This document shows positions 55,510 through 64,000 of a stretch of DNA of 64,000 nucleotides, piece after piece (position 1 is the stretch's first letter; every line of letters starts with the position of its first letter). The notes below the pieces were generated by a model. The model was given only the letters and a program-made list of their open reading frames with translations, did not search any database and was not told the origin of the DNA. Origin of the DNA: Octopus vulgaris (lineage: Eukaryota); contig OX597841.1 of the NCBI GenBank assembly GCA_951406725.2, positions 16,120,001 through 16,184,000 of the forward strand, in the 5' to 3' direction. A program made the translations under genes and the position numbers.

Positions 55510-57405
55510 GTGTGTATGTATGTATGTATGTATGTATGTGTGTATGTATGGATGTATGTGTGTGTGTATGTATGTATGTATGCATGTATGTATGTGTGTG
55601 TGTATATGTGTACGTATGTATGTATGTATGTGTGTGTGTGTATGTATGTATGTATGTATGGATGGATGGATGGATGTATGTATGTATGTATGCGTGTATG
55701 TATGTGTGTATGTATGTATGCATGTATGTGTGTATGTATGTATGTATGTATGTATGCATGTATGTATGTATGTGTGTGTGTATATGTGTACGTATGTATG
55801 TATGTATGTATGTGTGTGTATGTATGTATGTATGTATGGATGGATGGATGTATGTATGTATGTATGTATGTATGTATGTATGTATGTATGTATGTATGTA
55901 TGTATGTATGTATGTATGTATGTATGTATGTATGTATGTATGTATGTATGTATCTATGTATGTATGTATGTATGTATGTATGTATGTATCTATGTATGTA
56001 TGTATCTATGTATGTATGTATGGATGTATGTATGTATGTATGTATGTATGTATGTATGTATTTATGTATGTACGTACGTATGTATGTATGTATTTATGTA
56101 TGTATGCATGCATGTATGTATGTATGTATGAATGTATGTATGTATGTATGTGTGTATGTATGTATGTATGTATGTATGTATGTATGTATGCATATATGTG
56201 TGTATGTATGTGTGTATGTATGTATGTATGTGTGTATGTATGTGTGTATGTATGTATGTGTGTATGTATGGATGTATGTATGTATGTAGGTATGCATGTA
56301 TGTATGTATGTGTGTGTGTATATGTGTACGTATGTATGTATGTATGTATGTATGTATGTGTGTGTGTGTGTGTATGTATGTATGGATGGATGGATGGATG
56401 TATGTATGGATGTATGTATGTATGTATGTATGCATATATGTGTGTATGTATGTGTGTATGTATGTATGTATGTGTGTATGTATGTGTGTATGTATGTATG
56501 TATGTGTGTATGTATGGATGTATGTATGGATGGATGGATGTATGTATGTATGTATGGATGTATGTATGTGTGTATGTATGTATGTATGTATGTATGTGTG
56601 TATGTATGTATGTATCTGTGTATGTATGGATGTATGTATGTATGTATGTATGTATGTATGTATGTATGCATGTATGTATGTATGTGTGTGTGTATATGTG
56701 TACGTATGTATGTATGTATGTATGTATGTGTGTGTATGTATGTATGTATGGATGGATGGATGTATGTATGTATGTATGTATGTATGTATGTATGTGTGTA
56801 TGTATGTATGTATGTATGTATGTATGTATGTATGTATGCATGTATGTATGTATGTATGTGTGTGTATGTGTGTATGTATGTATGTATGTATGTGTGTATG
56901 TGTGTATGTATGTATGTATGTATGTGTGTATGTATGTGTGTATGTATGTATGTATATATGTGTGTGTGTATGTATGTGTGTATGTATGTGTGTGTGTATG
57001 TATGTATGTATGTACGTATGTATGTGTGTATGTATGTGTGTATGTATGTATGTATGTGTGTATGTATGTGTGTATGAATGTATGTATGTGTGCATGTGTG
57101 TATGTATGTATGTATGTGTGTATGTATGTGTGTGTGTATGTGTGTATGTATGTATGTATGTATGTATGTGTGTATGTATGTATGTGTATATGTATGTGTG
57201 TATTTATGTATGTGTGTATGTATGTATGTATGTGTGTATGTATGTATGTATGTGAGTATGTATGTGTGTATGTATGTATGTATGTACGTATGTATGTGTG
57301 TATGTATGTGTGTATGTATGTATGTGTATATGTATGTGTGTGTATGTATGTATGTATGTGTGTATGTATGTATGTATGTATGTATGTATGTATGTGTGTG
57401 TGTAT

Positions 57406-57443
<38 letters not shown>
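55510..57443. repeat. ~1.9-kb (TATG/TG)n satellite
   Basis: Direct reading. Confidence 0.97.
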
Positions 57444-57445
<2 letters not shown>

Positions 57446-57968
57446 GAAATTCCCTTCGAGACATTCCTAAGAAATCCATCAAACATCACACGCAGAAACA
57501 GAAGAATGTCAAATCTCTTTCTACAAGTTGACAACAGAGATTTGAAGGCACGATCATATGAAAGTGGCCCCTCGAACCCCATCCCCTGTATAGTCAACAC
57601 CCTTAATTCCAAGTTAACTTTCTCCCAACCCCTGACCCCTAATTCATAAATCTATTTTTTAAAGTAACCAGTAAAATTGTTTGTTTGATATCTGACACTA
57701 AACTGGAACGAAGTATTAGTTCAAAATAGTATTCTGTGTATTATACCTAAAGTATGCACATCGTTGAAAGCCTGATGAGCTACGATGTTCGTCTCTAGAA
57801 AGCATCTCGATTGGGCGTACAGTATTAAAAAAGATACAGGAAAATATGAGCAACAGATCAGAATCAACTATCGGCGGTGATGGATTTCAGCGTCTTTGGG
57901 CTTCATCAGCAACAAATATCCTCAGATAATCACATATAAAGACTAGATCACCCTCACCTCTCTCTCTC

Positions 57969-58379
57969 TCTTTTACTCTTTTACTTGTTTCAGTCATTTG
58001 ACTGTGGTCATGCTGGAGCACCGCATTTAGTCGAGCAAATCGACCCCGGGACTTATTCTTTTGTAAGCCCAGTACTTATTCTATCGGTCTCTTTTTTGCC
58101 GAACCGCTAAGTGACGGAGACGTAAACACGCCAGCATCGGTTGTCAAGCAATGCTAGGGGGACAAACACAGACACACAAACATATACACACACACATATA
58201 TATATATACATATATACGACAGGTTTCGTTCAGTTTCCGTCTACCAAATCCACTCACAAGGCATTGGTCGGCACGGGGCTATAGCAGAAGACACTTGCCC
58301 AAGGTGCCACGCTGTAGGACTGAACCCGGAACCATGTGGTTGGTTAGCAAGCTACTTACCACACAGCCACTCCTGCGCC
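57969..58379 (-). mobile_element. SINE family A
   Basis: Full-length match. Confidence 0.85.
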
Positions 58380-58448
58380 TGATATACAAAATCGATGACT
58401 GAAAAGCCATTGAAGTCGTATTTAGACGATAGTCTGAAATTATATTTC

Positions 58449-58772
58449 AGGCGTGGCTGCGTGGTAAGAAGCTTGCTCCCCAATCACATGGTTCTGGGTT
58501 CAGTCCCACTGCGTGGCACTTTTGGTAAGTGTCTTCTACTACAGCCACGGGTCGACCAAAGCCTTGTGAGTGGAAGCTGAAAAAAGCCCGTGGTATTATA
58601 TATGAGTGGCTGTGTGATAAGAATCTTTGTTTCCCAACCACATGGTTCCGGGTTCAGTCCCACTGCGTGACACCTTGGTCAAGTGCCTTCTACTATAGCC
58701 TCGGGCCAACCAAAGCCTTGTGAGTGGATTTCGTAGATGGAAACTGAAAGAAGCCCGTCGTATATATGTATG

Positions 58773-58824
<52 letters not shown>

Positions 58825-58906
58825 TGTGTTTGTGTTTGTCCTGGGGTCGATTTGCTCGACTAGAGGCGATGCTCTAGCATGGCCGCAGTCAAATGACTAA
58901 AACAAG

Positions 58907-58959
<53 letters not shown>

Positions 58960-59366
58960 CGTAGGAGTGGCTGTGTGGTAAGTAGCTTGCTTACGAACTA
59001 CGGGATTCCGGGTTCAGTCCCACTGCGTGGCACCTTGGGCAAGTGTCTTCTACTATAGCCTCGGGCCGACCAAAGCTTTGTGTGTGGATTTGGTAGACGG
59101 AAACTGAAAGAAGCCCGTCGTATATATGTATATATATGTATGCATGTACGTGTTTGTGTGTCTGCCTTTGTCCCCCCAACATCGCTTGACAACAGATGCT
59201 GGTGTGTTTACGTCCCCGTAACTTAGCGGTTCGGCAAAAAAGAGATCGATAAAATAAGTACTAGGCTTATAAGGAATAAGTCCTGGGGTCGATTTGATCG
59301 ACTAAAAGGCGGTGCTCCAGCATGGCCGCAGTCAAATGACTGAAACAAGTAAAAGAGTAAAAGAGT
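58449..59366 (+). mobile_element. Cluster of three SINE family A copies (58449, 58603, 58958)
   Basis: Repeated heads; the last copy is full length. Confidence 0.8.
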
Positions 59367-59409
59367 ATACACATACATACATACATTTATATATAAACAT
59401 ATACATATA

Positions 59410-59676
59410 TCTCTCTCTATATAAACGGCAGTTTGTCTGAAAATTTTGAAAAGTTCCCCCAGTTCTGAAAAAAATCGATAAATTCGACATGGGGTCGAGA
59501 ATCAGAAACACAAACCACAAACTGTCTAGGGGACACAACTCCACCTTTTTTAACTCTCAAAAGAAATTTACCATCATTTTTTTCCATTTTTTTGCTATTT
59601 TTTGGCTATAACTCTCTAAAAATGCTTTATAGTTATTTCCCTTACAAACCTGAGCAACGCCGGGCGATACTGCTAG
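59410..59676 (+). mobile_element. Non-autonomous Helitron, internally deleted copy of the second variant
   Basis: A|TCTCTCTCTATATAAACGGCAG...CGCCGGGCGATACTGCTAG|T. Confidence 0.8.
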
Positions 59677-59930
59677 TACATACATAAGTGTACACACATA
59701 CTTACAACACATACGCAGAAAGACAGACATTTATACGTACGTATGTGTGTCTTTTGTGTGCGTGCGTATGTGTACGTGTATGTACGTATATACATACATA
59801 TGTACATATATGTATGTACACACACACAAACACATAACACACACCACATACGCACACATGTAGACACATGACATAAACACACATACACACACACACACAC
59901 GTATATATATATATATATATATATATACGC

Positions 59931-60440
<510 letters not shown>

Positions 60441-60815
60441 ATATACACATACATATACATATATACAGCACACGAGTATATATATATAACTTCTGTCAAA
60501 ATTGTGTATATTTCCAAGTGACAGCAGAGGGAAACCAGGCGTAAAATTTTCCTCCAAGAAAATTAGGATTTCGTACAAGAAATTCCTATGTACAGCTGGA
60601 GACAGGAGGAGTCGGGTTCGGGCGTAGCGTAGGTAAGGTATGGCGGCGGAGGTAACGGTGCCACGGAGAGGGCGGCGAAAACGGCGCTGGAGACGGAGAC
60701 GTGGAGACGGCGGAGTAAACGGCGATGGAGATGGCGATGTGGAGACGGTGGAGTGAAGGCGCTGGAGTAGGTGGTGGGGTACAAATAATGACACGAAGAG
60801 ACACACACGCACACG

Positions 60816-60874
<59 letters not shown>

Positions 60875-61015
60875 CAGCGGTGGTGCCCCAGCATGGCTGC
60901 AGCCTTCGGGCTAAAACATTTTTAAGGATTTAAGGATATATAAAACTTAGATAAAACTTAGATATGTTTCGACCAGAGATTGGTCCAGGCCATGTCTAAC
61001 TTAATAGCACCACCT

Positions 61016-61047
<32 letters not shown>

Positions 61048-61394
61048 GTTTGTATGTATGTATATATATATTTATATTTATATACATATACATATACATA
61101 CCACGGGCTTCTTTCAGTTTCCGTCTACTAAATTCACTCACAAGGCTTTGGTCAACCCAATGTTATAGTAGAAGACGGTTATCCAAGGTGCCACGCAGTG
61201 GGGCCGAACTCGGAACCATGTGGTTCATATATATATATATATATATAATGGGTGAATGAATTATTATCATTAACATGTAAAATTCAATGAACCGTTATTC
61301 CTTTGGAATAAAAGCATGTTGTCTTCGAAACATATGTCGAAAGTAAAAGAATCTTATTAACATCTTCGTTCAACTCCATTTATTTATTTATTTA

Positions 61395-61483
<89 letters not shown>

Positions 61484-61542
61484 TAAGTAATTATAGGGTT
61501 TATTATATATATATATATATATATATATAACGATTTCCTGCA

Positions 61543-61659
61543 ACCACACACCGAATTTAGAAATAGCAGTCAAAGAGTTATAGCTATTCTTTCTACTAAA
61601 GAATAGTAGAAAGAATAGCTATAACTCTTTGACTGCTATTTCTAAATTCGGTGTGTGGT
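61543..61659. repeat. Perfect 55-bp inverted repeat, 7-nt loop
   Basis: 61543-61597 is the reverse complement of 61605-61659. Confidence 0.9.
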
Positions 61660-61791
61660 GAAGCAAATCGTTGCTAAACCTTTAATTACTTAGTATTACT
61701 TAAACTTTCCTCGAATGGGACTTTTACATGCCGAAATCTACTTGGTGAAATTAATGATTAATCCAAATTAATTAATTTCACCCTATATTAT

Positions 61792-61847
<56 letters not shown>

Positions 61848-61849
<2 letters not shown>

Positions 61850-62259
61850 TCTTTTACTCTTTTACTTGTTTCAGTCATTTGACTGCGGCCATGCTGGAGC
61901 ACCGCCTTTAGTCGAGCAAATCGACCCCGGGACTTATTCTTTGTAAGCCCAGTACTTATTCTATCGGTCTCTTTTGCCGAACCGCTAAGTGACGGGGACG
62001 TAAACACACCAGCATCGGTTGTCAAGCAATGCTAGGGGGACAAACACAGACACACAAACATATACACACACACATATATACATATATACATATATACGAC
62101 AGGCTTCTTTCAGTTTCCGTCTACCAAATCCACTCACAAGGCATTGGTCGGCCCGGGGCGATAGTAGAAGACACTTGCCCAAGGTGCCACCCTGTGGGAC
62201 TGAACCCGGAACCATGTGGTTTGTTAGCAAGCTACTTACCACACAGCAACTCCTGCGCC
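61848..62259 (-). mobile_element. SINE family A
   Basis: Full-length match. Confidence 0.85.
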
Positions 62260-62289
62260 TATCTGTGTATATAGTCAGTTTGAATATAC

Positions 62290-62450
62290 AAATAATTAAA
62301 TTAAAAAATGTGAACGGGAGAACGTGCACATGAGATGTATAAGCTTGACGCTCGGTGAAACGAGAAAGTTTGACGTTTCGAGCATAGCTCTTCGTCGGAT
62401 AGGAGAAGGGGAAAAGTCCCAAAAAGGAAACGATGAAATTGCCAACGGCA
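62290..62450 (-). mobile_element. Minimal-HHR element (HHR 62368-62402)
   Basis: Minus strand CCGACGA-A-GAGC UAU GCUC-GAAA-CG-UC; stem I decayed. Confidence 0.5.
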
Positions 62451-62465
62451 CACATATATATGTAA

Positions 62466-62571
<106 letters not shown>

Positions 62572-62721
62572 CTATATATATATATCATTATATTAATCTT
62601 TATATTTTTGGTATGTTTAAGTGTGTGTATGTATAATTATGTATGTATGTGTATATATAAATATATATAAAGTAGTTTTAAAGACAGAACCACCTTATAT
62701 ATATGTATGTTTGTATGTATA

Positions 62722-63053
<332 letters not shown>

Positions 63054-63068
63054 GTATATATATATATT

Positions 63069-63117
<49 letters not shown>

Positions 63118-63439
63118 GTATATATACATGCATACACGCACACATACACGCATACACATAACACATGCGCAGACTTGTCACTACCGCCAACCTATGTAAC
63201 ACGACTCCGCTGAAGACAGGCACGTGTGCGTCTGTCGGTTTCCAACCGACCAATCAAACTTCCTCCTAACTTCACGTGACATTTCAACACCGTCATAATT
63301 CACGATTACGTGACAAATTAATAATTCGCGACCAGGGATCGAACCCCGTACCATAGGTTTGTTATTCGCATTTACCACGTCTTTTTCTCATAAATCATTG
63401 GGGCTGTCTACACCAAACCTTTCTGTTTATCGCATTTAC

Positions 63440-64000
63440 GTGTCAGCATTTTTTTGAGGGGAGGGGCGAAGATAATTTTTTTGCATTCTGTCTTTTTACT
63501 TCTGGCCATGCTGGGGCACCGCCGTGAAGGTTTTTTTTTTGAGGGGAGGGTCGAGGATAATTTGTTTATCTTGTCCTTTCAATTCCTTCTCTTATTAGAA
63601 TCTGGCCATGCTGGGGCACCGCCGTGAAGGGGGTTTTTTGAGGGGAGGGGCGAGGATAATTTTTTGGCATTCTGTCTTTTTACTTCTTTCTCTTATAAGA
63701 CTCCGGCCATGCTGGGGCACCGCTGTAAAGAGGTTATTTTTAGGGGAGGGGCGAGGATAATTTTTTTTTATATTTTATCTTTTTACTACTTTCAGTTATT
63801 AGACTGCGGCCATGCTGGGGCACCACCTTGAAGGGTTTTTTTGAGGGGAGGGGCGAGGATAATTTTTTGGCATTCTGTCTTTTTACTTCTTTCTCTTATA
63901 AGACTCCGGCCATGCTGGGGCACCGCTGTAAAGAGGTTATTTTTAGGGGAGGGGCGAATATAATTTTTTTTTATATTTTATCTTTTTACTACTTTCAGTT
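63440..64000. repeat. ~100-bp tandem repeat built on the SINE-A tail, running off the window
   Basis: GGCCATGCTGGGGCACC recurs about every 100 bp with GGGGAGGG blocks. Confidence 0.85.

Noticed and set aside
57768-57912. CTGATGA motifs on both strands with downstream GAAA
   Set aside because: Stem I pairing is absent in both; probably chance or heavily decayed.
60590-60790. GC-rich stretch with AG|GTAAGG donor-like site and Pro/Ser-rich frames
   Set aside because: Low-complexity GGAGAC/GGCG repeats, no recognisable protein, and a weak acceptor; cannot support an exon.
61284-61345. GAAA-CATATG-TC palindromic stem III
   Set aside because: No intact CYGANGA upstream; at best a decayed hammerhead.

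Overview
Eukaryotic, AT-rich, repeat-saturated non-coding DNA. The mix of tRNA-derived SINEs, (TA)n/(TATG)n/(AAT)n microsatellites and Helitrons looks like a cephalopod (Octopus-like) genome; this is an inference from recalled repeat families. No intact protein-coding gene is supported, and nearly all listed ORFs are microsatellite translations. Recognisable content: two abundant SINE families (one forming head + n x ~184-bp concatemers), non-autonomous Helitrons, a ~550-bp element found in (AAT)n tracts, and decayed Tc1/mariner and Dong/R4-like coding fragments. The main discovery is about 19 type I hammerhead ribozyme (HHR) motifs found by eye. They include a near-identical 3 x 360-bp tandem array with one HHR per unit (40116-41210; retrozyme-like) and a diverged but collinear 363-bp relative (35291-35832). 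Many of the HHRs have a variant CCGANGA core instead of CUGANGA. All folds were derived manually; catalytic activity and expression are untested.
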